Shown here one piece after another: positions 54,917-64,000 of a stretch of 64,000 nucleotides of DNA. This DNA comes from Pseudomonadota bacterium. Lineage in GTDB: Bacteria; Myxococcota_A; Polyangia; Fen-1088. Both the position numbers and the translations under genes were made by a program. A model generated the notes under the pieces. That model was not told the origin of the DNA and made no database searches. It worked only from the letters and a program-made list of their open reading frames with translations. The DNA is taken from NCBI GenBank assembly GCA_017881245.1, contig JADGRC010000086.1, positions 10,273 to 74,272 of the forward strand, in the 5' to 3' direction. Position 1 is the first letter of the stretch. Each line of letters begins with the position of its first letter.

Positions 54917-55876
54917 GTGTTGGCCAGGGGCGTTCCCAGACGGAGCTTAGTCCACCATCATCGGTGGGGGCGGTCTCGTGGCTATGGCCCGGTGGCCGCA
55001 AGACAACACGGTGCCGGAGAACAGGGCAGGGATTCCGTCGATGTCCTCCTGTATCTGTCGCACGAGATTCGGACGCCACTGAATTCGATGCTGGCGCTAG
55101 CCCAGCTCCTGCGTGACGGTCAGGCAGGCGTGCTCAACCCTGAGCAGCAACGGTACGTCGAGGTCATAGAGAGAAGTGGGCAGAGCCTCGTTCGCCTGGT
55201 CCACGACGTGCTCGACCTGTCGCGGCTGGAGTTGGGGCAGGCCGACATCGAGATCTCATCGCTCGACATCCGCGATCAGCTGCAAGAGGCGGCTGCCGCT
55301 CTCACCCCGCTGGCGGAGGCCAAAGGGATCGAGCTGATCGTCACGGGTACGGGTCCGTTGCCATCGGTCGCCTGCGACCCGGATCGTTTGCGGCAGGTTC
55401 TGATGAACTTGATCAGCAACGCAATCAAATTCACCGATCGGGGATGCGTCACGCTGTCGGCCGAGGTGGGTGCGGGTGCGGGTGGAAGGATGGTGGCCAT
55501 TCACGTCTCCGATACCGGGGTGGGAATTCCAGAGGCTGCACGGTCGCGGATATTCGAGGAATTTTTCCAGGTGCGCCAGTTGGAATGCCGAACGGGCACG
55601 CGCCGGGAGGACGGGGTGGGGCTGGGACTCGCGATTGCGCGCCGCCTGGTCAGGCTGATGGGCGGCGATCTGTCGGTGGAGAGCAAGGTGGGGCTGGGTT
55701 CTCGATTCACGTTCAACTTGCCGCGGGCCGAGGGCGGGCATCTTTCGAAAGACGAGGAAAAGGTAGGTGTCGGGGATCCGGCGAACGGAAGGTCGGAAGG
55801 GGCCGATGCTGGCTCCCAGGCGACGCATCGAAGCCAAGGCGGGCCTCATGGGACGACGAATACTCCTGGTCGATGA
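54917..55876 (+). CDS. histidine kinase lacking an obvious sensor domain
   Basis: H-box 'LSHEIRTPLNSM', N-box 'NLISNAIKFT', G-boxes 'DTGVGI' and 'GLGLAIARR'. Only ~40 aa precede HisKA. GTG start. The 3' end overlaps the next gene. Confidence 0.7.
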   Translation: MLARGVPRRSLVHHHRWGRSRGYGPVAARQHGAGEQGRDSVDVLLYLSHEIRTPLNSMLALAQLLRDGQAGVLNPEQQRYVEVIERSGQSLVRLVHDVLDLSRLELGQADIEISSLDIRDQLQEAAAALTPLAEAKGIELIVTGTGPLPSVACDPDRLRQVLMNLISNAIKFTDRGCVTLSAEVGAGAGGRMVAIHVSDTGVGIPEAARSRIFEEFFQVRQLECRTGTRREDGVGLGLAIARRLVRLMGGDLSVESKVGLGSRFTFNLPRAEGGHLSKDEEKVGVGDPANGRSEGADAGSQATHRSQGGPHGTTNTPGR

Positions 55877-57824
55877 CAACGACGACAGCCGCTTCGCTGT
55901 CGCCGAAACGATAGCGAAGTTGACCGATCACAAGGTCGATCAGGCATCGGATGGCGCGTCCGCGCTCGCTCGCGTGCTGGAGACCGAATACGACCTCGTC
56001 TTGCTGGACGTTCAGATGCCGGGCATGGACGGATTCGAGGTCTGCCGGCGGTTGCGGGCGGACCCGCGCACCCGGCGGGTCCCGGTCCTGTTCCTGACGG
56101 CCACTCAGTATCAGGTCGAGAGTCGTCTCAAGGGGCTGGAACTGGGGGCGGATGACTTCATCGTTCAGCCCGTTAGCAATCAGGAATTGATCGCGCGCAT
56201 CAAGGCCGCCCTGAGGGTCAAGGCGCTTTCGGACGAGGTCCAACACCACAACGTGGAGCTGGAAAGCAAGGTTAAAGAACGCACCTCCACCGCCGAGCAC
56301 CTGGCCGACGAATTGCGCGCCGAGAGGGACAATCTTCGCGAGACCTTCGACGTCTTCGCCGAGGCGTTGTTGTTGCTGGACGCATCCGGCCACGTCCTCG
56401 TCGCGAACTCCGCCGGGCGTCGGTTGCACGAGACGCCGCTGGCGCAAGATCTCTCGGATCTGGCGGCCGAGGCGGTGGGGAAGTCGACGACCTACGATCG
56501 CCCCCTTTCGCACGGGGGGCGTTTTTTTGCAGGGCGCGCCTACCCGGTCAGTGGACGTCGCGTGCTGTTGAACGTTCGGGACGTCACCACGGAGCGCGAC
56601 GTCGAGATTCAGCGCCTGCAGGCCGAAAAACTGGCGTCGATCGGCCTTTTGGCCGCGGGCGTCGCGCACGAGATCAACAATCCGGCGGCCTTCGTTTTCG
56701 GGAACATTGAAGCCCTATCCGCGCAGATCAGGCTGATCGAGGACCGATTGCGGATCGGCGTTGGGTCGGAGGCGCGAACGGATCTTCAGACGATGTTGTT
56801 CGAGGTCACGTCCATTCTTCAGGAATCCAAGGAAGGCATGGCCCGGATTCAGCGCATCGTCCGCGATCTTTCCGCGTTTTCGCACGTCGACGACGATAGA
56901 CAGAGGGTGTCGGGCGTGAACAGCGCCGTGGAGTCGACCTTAAGCCTCTTGCGAAACGAGCTCCGCCATCGAGCCACCGCCGAGCGTGACTTGCGAGCCA
57001 CGCGCTCGGTCCGCACCAGTCCGGCCCGCTTGGGCCAGGTGTTCCTGAATCTGATCATCAATGCGGCCCAGGCGTTGGACGAAGCCGAGGTTCGGCGCAA
57101 CCGGATTGTGGTTCGGACGTACGACAGCGGCGATGACGTGGTTTTTGAAGTCGCGGATAACGGTCCTGGTATCCCGTCCCACGTGCTGCCCCGGATATTC
57201 GATTCCTTTTTTACGACAAAGCCGCGGGGCGTGGGAACCGGCCTCGGTCTGCCGATCTCGCAGGGTATCGTCCGTGCGCTCGGAGGTGACATTACCGTCG
57301 AGACGAAGGCAGGCACGGGCACCACGTTTCGGGTTCGACTGCCGGGGGAACCCGCGGTGCGGTTGGAACTACCCGTCGGGCCGCCGGTACACCCGACCTA
57401 TCGGCGCCGCCGTGTACTCTGCGTGGACGACGAGGCGTTGTTGTTGAAGGCCTACCGCAGGATGCTGGCGGACGTACACGAGGTGGTGACCGCTCTTGGC
57501 GGCCGTGATGCCCTTTTGATTTTGGAAAAAGATAGAAATTTCGACCTGATCCTGTGCGACTTGCAGATGCCCGAGATGTCCGGGATGGATTTGTACACGG
57601 CGGTTAAGACCCTTTACCCCGATCTCGCCGACCGCTTCGTTTTCGTGACCGGGGGCGCATTTTCGGCGGAGGCCAAGCGCTTTCTCGAGCAGGCGGTCAC
57701 CTGTTTGAGCAAGCCGTTTCGCATTGAGGAACTTCTGGCGATGATCGAGCAGAAGATAGCCGCGGGGGCGGGTCTGCCGCTCGATGGCAGCACCGCCCAA
57801 CAGATCCCGGGGCGCCCGGCCTGA
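55848..57824 (+). CDS. hybrid sensor kinase: REC - coiled coil/PAS-like - HisKA - HATPase - REC
   Basis: REC1 'ILLVDDNDDSR...LVLLDVQMPGMDG'. H-box 'GVAHEINNP'. 'DNGPGI' and 'GTGLGLPIS'. REC2 'VLCVDDE...LILCDLQMPEMSG'. An alternative ATG lies at 55806. Confidence 0.8.
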   Translation: MGRRILLVDDNDDSRFAVAETIAKLTDHKVDQASDGASALARVLETEYDLVLLDVQMPGMDGFEVCRRLRADPRTRRVPVLFLTATQYQVESRLKGLELGADDFIVQPVSNQELIARIKAALRVKALSDEVQHHNVELESKVKERTSTAEHLADELRAERDNLRETFDVFAEALLLLDASGHVLVANSAGRRLHETPLAQDLSDLAAEAVGKSTTYDRPLSHGGRFFAGRAYPVSGRRVLLNVRDVTTERDVEIQRLQAEKLASIGLLAAGVAHEINNPAAFVFGNIEALSAQIRLIEDRLRIGVGSEARTDLQTMLFEVTSILQESKEGMARIQRIVRDLSAFSHVDDDRQRVSGVNSAVESTLSLLRNELRHRATAERDLRATRSVRTSPARLGQVFLNLIINAAQALDEAEVRRNRIVVRTYDSGDDVVFEVADNGPGIPSHVLPRIFDSFFTTKPRGVGTGLGLPISQGIVRALGGDITVETKAGTGTTFRVRLPGEPAVRLELPVGPPVHPTYRRRRVLCVDDEALLLKAYRRMLADVHEVVTALGGRDALLILEKDRNFDLILCDLQMPEMSGMDLYTAVKTLYPDLADRFVFVTGGAFSAEAKRFLEQAVTCLSKPFRIEELLAMIEQKIAAGAGLPLDGSTAQQIPGRPA

Positions 57825-57862
57825 CATTGAGATTCGCCGTAGCCGCACGTTAGGTTCGGACC

Positions 57863-58291
57863 GTGGACCTTCCGCCCCGTTCTCGGATGCTGGTTGTCGC
57901 GGCCTTGGTACGGCGCGCCGGCCTTGTTCTGGTGTCGCGCCGCCGCGCTGATCAGCCGATGCCCCTGCTGTGGGAATTTCCCGGGGGGAAAATCGAGCCG
58001 GGCGAGTCGCCCGTCGCCGCCCTGGCACGGGAAGTGACAGAGGAACTCGGTTGCGAGGTCGAAGTCGGCCGGATTGAGGACGTGGTGTTTCACGCCTATC
58101 CCGGGTTCGACCTGATCATGCTGGTGTACGCGTGTCGCGTCACCGGCGGTGTCCCCCACGCGGTGAGCGTGGCGGAAATCGCTTGGGTAGCGCCGACCGC
58201 CCTGCCGGGAATGGATCTCCTACCAGCGGATTTTCCCCTGGCCCACAAGCTGGCGGCGGAAGCCTCGGGCGAGAACCGAGGGGAATCTTAG
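57863..58291 (+). CDS. NUDIX hydrolase (MutT-like)
   Basis: Nudix box 'GGKIEPGESPVAALAREVTEELG'. 142 aa. GTG start. Confidence 0.8.
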   Translation: MDLPPRSRMLVVAALVRRAGLVLVSRRRADQPMPLLWEFPGGKIEPGESPVAALAREVTEELGCEVEVGRIEDVVFHAYPGFDLIMLVYACRVTGGVPHAVSVAEIAWVAPTALPGMDLLPADFPLAHKLAAEASGENRGES

Positions 58292-58298
58292 AACTAGT

Positions 58299-59960
58299 TC
58301 AGGCGTCGGTCGACAGACTCTCGGGAGAGACGTGAGCGGTCGGAGGCTGTGAGCCGTCCAGCTCCGAGGAGGAACGTTGCTCATCCGACGGAGTCACTTG
58401 AGAACTATCCGCTTGTGCGGCGGGCGTCCCCCCGGGGTACCCGCGTCTCAACGCCTCCCGTTCGGCCACCCGGGCCGCCTCGGTTAGGTCGCGCTTGCAC
58501 GCTCCGCACAAGGTCGGTTCCGCCCAGTTTCCGAGGTGGGTCTGCAACTGGCTTTCCGGGGGCCAGTGAATGGGCGTCTTGCAGCCCGTGCACGGAATTT
58601 CCTTGGTCCTGCGATCGGTCAGGAACGTCAGGCAATCATCGCACCGCCGTTCTGGCGGACGAATCTCGTGGCGACGCTTGCGGCGCTTGCGCTTCCGGTC
58701 GCCTGTTGCGCCGGAGGCTCCCGCGGTTGCGGCAAGCGTGGGCGCCCCCATGGCCGAGGGGGCGGAGACCTCGGTGCCAGATTGCGAAACCAGGTCCGCG
58801 TGCGGCGTTCCGTCGACGCCTGGCGTGGCCAAGATTTCCACGACCGAATTCTCGTCGTGGATGGCGCGACCCCGGTCTTGCCCCAAGTGGGGCCCGCCCT
58901 CGGACTCCGCGTCCCTTTCGGACTTGGGTACCGGCTTGACTCCCGCCGCAAGCTGCTGCGCCGCGGTCCATGTCCATGTCCCCGGGCAGTGCTCGGTCTT
59001 GCAGGGAACCTGTTTCTCCTCGAGCTCTCCCATCTCCCTTTCGCACTCGGCGCAGTAGTGGGGATAAGGATCGGCGGTCTTGCCACGCACGGCGCGCGCC
59101 AACTGAGCGCCCCGCTTGTCGGTCCAGGTTCGCTTGCAGCCGGAGCGACGACATGGGCGCTCCACGTCCTTGAGACCGGAATAAAGATCGATGCACCGCT
59201 CGCACATTCGATGAGGTGCCTTCGGCAGGGGCTTGTCGGCGATGGCCGCGTCCAGCTGTGCCTCTCGCGGCCACGTCCAGGTGTTCTTGCACCCCGACGT
59301 GCGACACCGCACCTCCCGATTCGCGATGGCGCCGAAGACGCCCTTGCACGATTCACACAGACGGCGAGGCGGTTCGTTGGACTCGCCGGCGGCGTAGTCT
59401 TGAATCTGCTCGTCGCGCGTCCACGTCCATTTTTTCTTGCAGCCGCGAATGCCGCAGGTGACGGGTCGGTCCCCGATCTTGTCGTAAACGTTCGCGCACG
59501 GTCCGCACATTGCCGGCGCCGGCGCCGACTCGACGTCGGGCGCGCCCGCGACCAGTTGAGCACGACGCGAGTAAACCCAATGACGCTTGCACCCGGGCAC
59601 GGAACACGGAACGTGCCGATCGGCCAGCGCCGCCAGCTTGGCTTCGTCGTCGGCACACAGGTGACGGGGGGCGGCGCGTCGGGTGGCAAACGCCTCCAGC
59701 TGTTCTTGGATAGTCCATGTCCAAGTCGAGGCGCATCCGGGGCGCTCGCAGGGCCTCTGCTCGTCGGACAACGTGCGAAATTTGTCCCGGCATGGCTCGC
59801 ACATTTTGGAAGCCGGATCGGTGTCGGTTCCGGCGCCTCGCCCACCGAGCTTGGCGCCCTTGCCCGTCATCTGAATCCAGGTGCGGATGCAGCCCACGAC
59901 GGAGCACGGCATCGATGTTGCGCCGAGCCGGTCGGCGAGTGTGAAGCCCGAAGAACCCAT
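58299..59960 (-). CDS. Cys-rich protein with 7-8 tandem zinc-ribbon-like repeats (C-x4-C...WTW...Q...C-x2-C)
   Basis: The ATG at 59960 follows GGGGGA. Example repeats are 'PCERPGCASTWTWTIQEQ...', 'TCGIRGCKKKWTWTRDEQ...RRLCESC' and 'RCRTSGCKNTWTWPREAQ...HRMCERC'. A 'KRKRRKRR' basic patch and an acidic/Ser-rich tail follow. Confidence 0.7.
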   Translation of the reverse strand: MGSSGFTLADRLGATSMPCSVVGCIRTWIQMTGKGAKLGGRGAGTDTDPASKMCEPCRDKFRTLSDEQRPCERPGCASTWTWTIQEQLEAFATRRAAPRHLCADDEAKLAALADRHVPCSVPGCKRHWVYSRRAQLVAGAPDVESAPAPAMCGPCANVYDKIGDRPVTCGIRGCKKKWTWTRDEQIQDYAAGESNEPPRRLCESCKGVFGAIANREVRCRTSGCKNTWTWPREAQLDAAIADKPLPKAPHRMCERCIDLYSGLKDVERPCRRSGCKRTWTDKRGAQLARAVRGKTADPYPHYCAECEREMGELEEKQVPCKTEHCPGTWTWTAAQQLAAGVKPVPKSERDAESEGGPHLGQDRGRAIHDENSVVEILATPGVDGTPHADLVSQSGTEVSAPSAMGAPTLAATAGASGATGDRKRKRRKRRHEIRPPERRCDDCLTFLTDRRTKEIPCTGCKTPIHWPPESQLQTHLGNWAEPTLCGACKRDLTEAARVAEREALRRGYPGGTPAAQADSSQVTPSDEQRSSSELDGSQPPTAHVSPESLSTDA

Positions 59961-60138
59961 GATTTCCCCCGAGGGGGCCTTATGCTGACCGACAACCCCC
60001 CGGTAAATCAACTCGAATCGGAGGGCAGACCCGCCGAGGCGCGTCTTTTGTGTCGGCGGCCCGTGATTTCGCGACGAGACTGGCTGCGACCCGCGCTTGC
60101 CTGGGAGCGCCGGCAAGGGTAGACGTACGCCCGTTCCG

Positions 60139-61509
60139 ATGCAGATCACAATCGAAGACATCTCACCGGTCGAGAAGCGGGTCGATTTCGAGTTGCCCTG
60201 GACCGACGTCGCGCCCAAGTTAGAGAAAGCCTACAGCGACTTGCGTCGCGAGGTGCGCTTGAAGGGGTTCCGCCCCGGCAAAGTGCCGCGCGCGCTGGTC
60301 GAGAAACTTTACCATCATCAGGTGGAGAGCGACGTCGCCAAGGAACTGGTGGAATCCACGATTCGGCAGGCCATCGCCGACCATCAAATTCAACCGGTCG
60401 CCCCCCTGGAGGTGGACAACTACGAAATTATCGCGGGGGCGCCGTTCAAGTTCACGGCGAAAGTCGAAGTGCGCTCCCAAGTCGTTCCGAAGGACTACAC
60501 CGGCGTCGAGCTCAAGCGCCGCCCGGTTGCCGTCGACGAGCAGCAGGTTGTCGCCGCCCTCGAGGGGTATCGCAAGCGCCTGACCGAGTACAAGCCCATC
60601 GAGGGGCGTACCGTCGCCGGGCCGACGGACATGCTCATGATCGAGGTTCACGGACGAATTGGCGAGAACAAGGTCAAACGTAACCAGGTCGGCGTCGATC
60701 TCGAAGACAAGAGCGGCGGGCCGCTTCCCGGCCTTGGCGAGCGGCTGCACGGGATCGCGCTCGACGCCGTAGACTTTGAGATCAAATACAAGCTCGCGGA
60801 CGACTTGCCCCAGAAGGAATTGGCGGGGCGCGAGGTGAGCCTAAAGGTCACGGTCAAGGACGCGCGCGAGAAGAAGGAGCGCGCCGTCGACGATGAATTC
60901 GCGAAGGACACCGGCGAGGCGGAGACCTTGGAGGGGTTGAAGGAGAAACTCCGACAGCGGTTGCAAGACGCCGATCGACAGCGGATTGACGGCGAGCTGC
61001 GGGGTCAGTTGGTCAAGGAAATCGTGGTGCGCAACGAATTCCCGATGGCGCCGTCCTTGGTTGATCGGCATGCGGGCGCCATCGTGAATCGGGCCCTGCA
61101 ACAATTGATGCTGGCAGGAATCGACGTTCAGGCCGGCCTGGAAGCGGGGGCGATTGATATTCCCAGGATGAAGCGGGAGTTCAAGACCGAAGCGGAGGCA
61201 GAGGCCCGAGGATCGATTCTGATTCAGGCCATCGCCGAGCGAGAGGGAATCACGGCCAGCGACGCGGACCTTCAGAAACGGATTGCCGAGATCGCCGCGA
61301 GCCGACAGGAAAACGCCAAGAAGCTGCGCGCGGAGTTGGAGACCCAGGGACAGCTTCCGGGTCTGCGTGCCCAACTCATCGAGCAGAAGACCCTTGATAT
61401 GCTGATCTCCCAGGCTAAGATCAGCGACGAAGATCCCGCTCGCTTGATCGTCACACCCGACGAGGCCAAGACCGAAGCCGAAGCGGACAAGAAAAAGAGG
61501 AACCGATGA
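60139..61509 (+). CDS. tig: trigger factor
   Basis: The ATG at 60139 gives '[21 protein letters not shown]...FRPGKVP'. PPIase and C-terminal domains are collinear with Tig. Upstream of clpP-clpX. Confidence 0.95.
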   Translation: MQITIEDISPVEKRVDFELPWTDVAPKLEKAYSDLRREVRLKGFRPGKVPRALVEKLYHHQVESDVAKELVESTIRQAIADHQIQPVAPLEVDNYEIIAGAPFKFTAKVEVRSQVVPKDYTGVELKRRPVAVDEQQVVAALEGYRKRLTEYKPIEGRTVAGPTDMLMIEVHGRIGENKVKRNQVGVDLEDKSGGPLPGLGERLHGIALDAVDFEIKYKLADDLPQKELAGREVSLKVTVKDAREKKERAVDDEFAKDTGEAETLEGLKEKLRQRLQDADRQRIDGELRGQLVKEIVVRNEFPMAPSLVDRHAGAIVNRALQQLMLAGIDVQAGLEAGAIDIPRMKREFKTEAEAEARGSILIQAIAEREGITASDADLQKRIAEIAASRQENAKKLRAELETQGQLPGLRAQLIEQKTLDMLISQAKISDEDPARLIVTPDEAKTEAEADKKKRNR

Positions 61510-62168
61510 GCGATTCGCGCCGCACGCAGTCCGTACACTTCGACCCGCCGCCGCCGGTGATCTCCAATTTTATTATTCCCACGGTCATCGAGCAGACCCA
61601 CCGGGGCGAACGCGGTTGGGACATCTTTTCTCGCCTCCTGAAGGACAGAATCATCTTTCTTGGAACCGCGGTCGATGATCAGGTGGCCAACATCGTCATC
61701 GCCCAGTTGCTGTTCCTGGAGAGTGAGGATCCCGACAAAGACATCATGTTGTACATCAACTCGCCGGGTGGCCTGGTGACGGCCGGCATGGCGATCTACG
61801 ACACCATGCAGTACGTGCGACCGAGCATCGCGACGTTTTGCATGGGCCAAGCGGCTTCGATGGGGGCGTTTCTGTTGGCCGCAGGCGCCAAGGGCAAGCG
61901 ATATTCGCTGCCACACGCTCGCATCTTGATCCACCAGCCGCTCGGTGGGTTTCAGGGGCAGGCCACGGACATCGACATCCATGCGCGGGAGATACTGCGT
62001 ACGCGCGACAAGCTGAACGAGTTGCTGGTCAAGCACACCGGCCAACCGATGGAGCGAATCAAGCAAGATACGGAGCGCGACTATTTCATGAGCGCCATGG
62101 AGGCCAAGGAGTACGGTCTCATCGATGAGGTCCTGATTCAAAAGCCGGCCGCGTTGCCGAGCAAGTAA
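61506..62168 (+). CDS. clpP: ATP-dependent Clp protease proteolytic subunit
   Basis: ATGA overlap with the tig stop. '[15 protein letters not shown]', catalytic Ser in '[11 protein letters not shown]', His in 'ILIHQPLGG'. Confidence 0.95.
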   Translation: MSDSRRTQSVHFDPPPPVISNFIIPTVIEQTHRGERGWDIFSRLLKDRIIFLGTAVDDQVANIVIAQLLFLESEDPDKDIMLYINSPGGLVTAGMAIYDTMQYVRPSIATFCMGQAASMGAFLLAAGAKGKRYSLPHARILIHQPLGGFQGQATDIDIHAREILRTRDKLNELLVKHTGQPMERIKQDTERDYFMSAMEAKEYGLIDEVLIQKPAALPSK

Positions 62169-62315
62169 CCCCGCCGGGCCGGTGGGCCTCGATCGGTGCT
62201 GATGTCGGCCGGGCGGTCTCCCTCCAGGGGCCGCGTACCCTTAGCCCGTGATGGCGGGTCGGGTGAATTGTTTTCTTGCGCGCCCGTCGTCCGGGTGCGT
62301 GCTACATTTATCGAG

Positions 62316-63593
62316 GTGCCGACCGATCGAAAACGTGACGAACACGAAAATCTGTCTTGTTCGTTTTGTGGAAAGAGCCAGCGCGAGGTCAAGAAGCTGA
62401 TCGCTGGTCCCACGGTTTATATCTGCGATGAGTGCATAGGCCTGTGCAACGACATCATCGCCGAGGAGATCGAGAAGGAATCCGAGAATTTCGGGCTGGC
62501 CCCGGTGCCCAAGCCGGCGGAGATCAAGAACGTTCTTGACGACTATGTGATTGGGCAGGAGCGCGCCAAAAAGATTTTGGCAGTCGCCATCCACAATCAC
62601 TACAAGCGTATTGACGCCAAGGTCGGCGCGGATGACGTCGAGCTCGGTAAGTCCAACATTCTGTTGCTCGGCCCCACGGGCTGCGGGAAGACCCTGCTGG
62701 CGCAGACTTTGGCCAAGATCTTGAACGTGCCGTTCGCCATCGCGGATGCGACGAATCTGACCGAGGCGGGCTACGTGGGAGAGGATGTCGAGAACATCAT
62801 CGTCAACCTCCTGCAGAACGCGGATCACGACATCGAGAAGGCTCAGCGCGGTATCGTTTATATCGACGAAATCGATAAGATCGCCCGCAAGGGGGAGAAC
62901 CCGTCCATCACTCGCGACGTTTCCGGTGAGGGCGTCCAGCAGGCTCTCTTGAAGATATTGGAAGGGACAGTCTGCAACGTGCCACCCAAGGGCGGACGCA
63001 AGCACCCGCAGCAGGAATTCCTGCAGGTCGACACGACCAACATTCTGTTCATCTGTGGCGGCGCTTTCGTGGGGCTTGATGACATCATCGAACAGCGCGT
63101 GGGCCAGAAACAGATAGGCTTCGGCGCCAAGATCAGCTCCAAGAAGGAGCGTAAGGTCTGGGACCTTCTGCGCGAGGTGCAACCCGAGGATCTGCTGAAA
63201 TATGGGATGATTCCCGAGTTCGTCGGACGATTACCGGTCATCGCGCCGCTGCACGAATTGGACGAGCCGGCCCTGATCGACATCCTGACCAAGCCCAAGA
63301 ACGCGCTCATCAAGCAGTATCAGAAGCTTTTCGACATGGACGGCGTCAAGCTCCGGTTTACGAAGGGCGCGATGGCTGCGATCGCGGGCGAGGCGACGAA
63401 GCACAAGTCGGGCGCTCGCGGGCTGCGGGCCATACTCGAGCAGGCGATGATGGACATCATGTTCGAGGTGCCATCGGCCGGTAGCTCGATTCGCGAGGTC
63501 GTGATCAACGAGGAAACCATCCAGAAGGGCGCCCAGCCCATTTTGATGTATCAAAAAGGGGTGGCCGTCGCGGCGGGGGACCGTTCGGCTTAG
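62316..63593 (+). CDS. clpX: ATP-dependent Clp protease ATP-binding subunit ClpX
   Basis: Zinc-binding '[27 protein letters not shown]', Walker A '[10 protein letters not shown]', 'IVYIDEIDK'. The GTG at 62316 gives 425 aa. GTG 62295 is an alternative start. Confidence 0.95.
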   Translation: MPTDRKRDEHENLSCSFCGKSQREVKKLIAGPTVYICDECIGLCNDIIAEEIEKESENFGLAPVPKPAEIKNVLDDYVIGQERAKKILAVAIHNHYKRIDAKVGADDVELGKSNILLLGPTGCGKTLLAQTLAKILNVPFAIADATNLTEAGYVGEDVENIIVNLLQNADHDIEKAQRGIVYIDEIDKIARKGENPSITRDVSGEGVQQALLKILEGTVCNVPPKGGRKHPQQEFLQVDTTNILFICGGAFVGLDDIIEQRVGQKQIGFGAKISSKKERKVWDLLREVQPEDLLKYGMIPEFVGRLPVIAPLHELDEPALIDILTKPKNALIKQYQKLFDMDGVKLRFTKGAMAAIAGEATKHKSGARGLRAILEQAMMDIMFEVPSAGSSIREVVINEETIQKGAQPILMYQKGVAVAAGDRSA

Positions 63594-63652
63594 CCGCGTG
63601 AGGGGGCGTGAGGGTCCCGCATACCCCGCATAATCGTCGAGGAGGTTCAGCC

Positions 63653-63997
63653 ATGCGCAAGTCAGTCGTTTGGATTCCGATTCTGCTGGTGGGTGCCATG
63701 GTGTATTGGACGCTCGCTCTCGGTTTTGGCGGACTGTCCCTGATGAGCGCGACCTCGGATTCGCTTGGGTCGCCCGAACCCATCATGAAGGATGGTTACC
63801 AGTCGATCACCGTCAACCTGGGTGACCCGTCTGGGGCGGGGTCGCAGGCGGCCGGTGCCGTGACCGTTGACCTGGTTTCCGACCACGACTCGCCTCAAAT
63901 CAGTGACAGCGATCAAGGCGCCGGCGGTCAGGATGATCGGGGCAGCGGCCGACGTCGCATCACCGACGACCGGGGCCCCGGCGAAACCGCGTTCTAA
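63653..63997 (+). CDS. small membrane-anchored protein (hypothetical)
   Basis: GAGGAGG precedes the ATG at 63653. TM is 'VVWIPILLVGAMVYWTLALGFGGL'. The remainder is Gly/Asp/Ser-rich. Confidence 0.4.
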   Translation: MRKSVVWIPILLVGAMVYWTLALGFGGLSLMSATSDSLGSPEPIMKDGYQSITVNLGDPSGAGSQAAGAVTVDLVSDHDSPQISDSDQGAGGQDDRGSGRRRITDDRGPGETAF

Positions 63998-64000
63998 ATC

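Noticed and set aside
58536-60122. 528-aa ORF on the plus strand
   Set aside because: It lies antisense to the Cys-rich repeat gene. The minus-strand frame shows a regular 4-Cys repeat architecture that chance cannot produce. The + frame is Arg/Gly/Pro-rich.

Overview
High-GC (about two-thirds G+C by eye) bacterial chromosomal segment with many GTG/TTG starts. The protein repertoire suggests Myxococcota: AgmX/PglI-type C-terminal domain, PilZ, and many TPR/HEAT/PQQ envelope-style proteins. This taxonomic call is inference only. The window is mostly core genome. Gene order: OPT transporter; sensor-less sigma54 activator; sugar-phosphate block glk / transaldolase-PGI fusion / rpiB; lipoprotein; metallophosphoesterase, GT4 glycosyltransferase, psd, class-III aminotransferase, Mpo1-like membrane protein; Pro-rich membrane protein, PilZ, HAMP protein; NamZ-like (DUF1343), nadD, DUF2520; a secreted protein / HEAT / PQQ-HEAT / lipoprotein set; cysteine desulfurase + mnmA; double zf-TFIIB protein; rnc; CCA-type nucleotidyltransferase; a degenerate ETF-like alpha/beta pair divergent from two tandem ~1,750-aa TPR proteins (10.4 kb); TerC; C-N hydrolase; a complete rimP-nusA-ylxR-infB-DUF503-rbfA-truB operon; apaG; SDR; two-component pair; NUDIX; Cys-rich zinc-ribbon repeat protein; tig-clpP-clpX. 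I recognised no rRNA, tRNA, CRISPR, transposase, integrase or phage genes. Long ORFs antisense to these genes are high-GC artefacts. Items most worth a second look: (1) a ~90-100-nt two-hairpin repeat present three times, each copy abutting a stop codon, with a compensatory change in hairpin 2; (2) the ETF-like pair plus the translationally coupled giant TPR paralogs, which share a non-TPR C-terminal domain; (3) a protein made of 7-8 C-x4-C...WTW...C-x2-C repeats next to tig; (4) a promoter, ~60-nt leader and U9 intrinsic terminator directly upstream of rimP-nusA. All family calls come from motif recognition by eye. No HMM or BLAST search was run.
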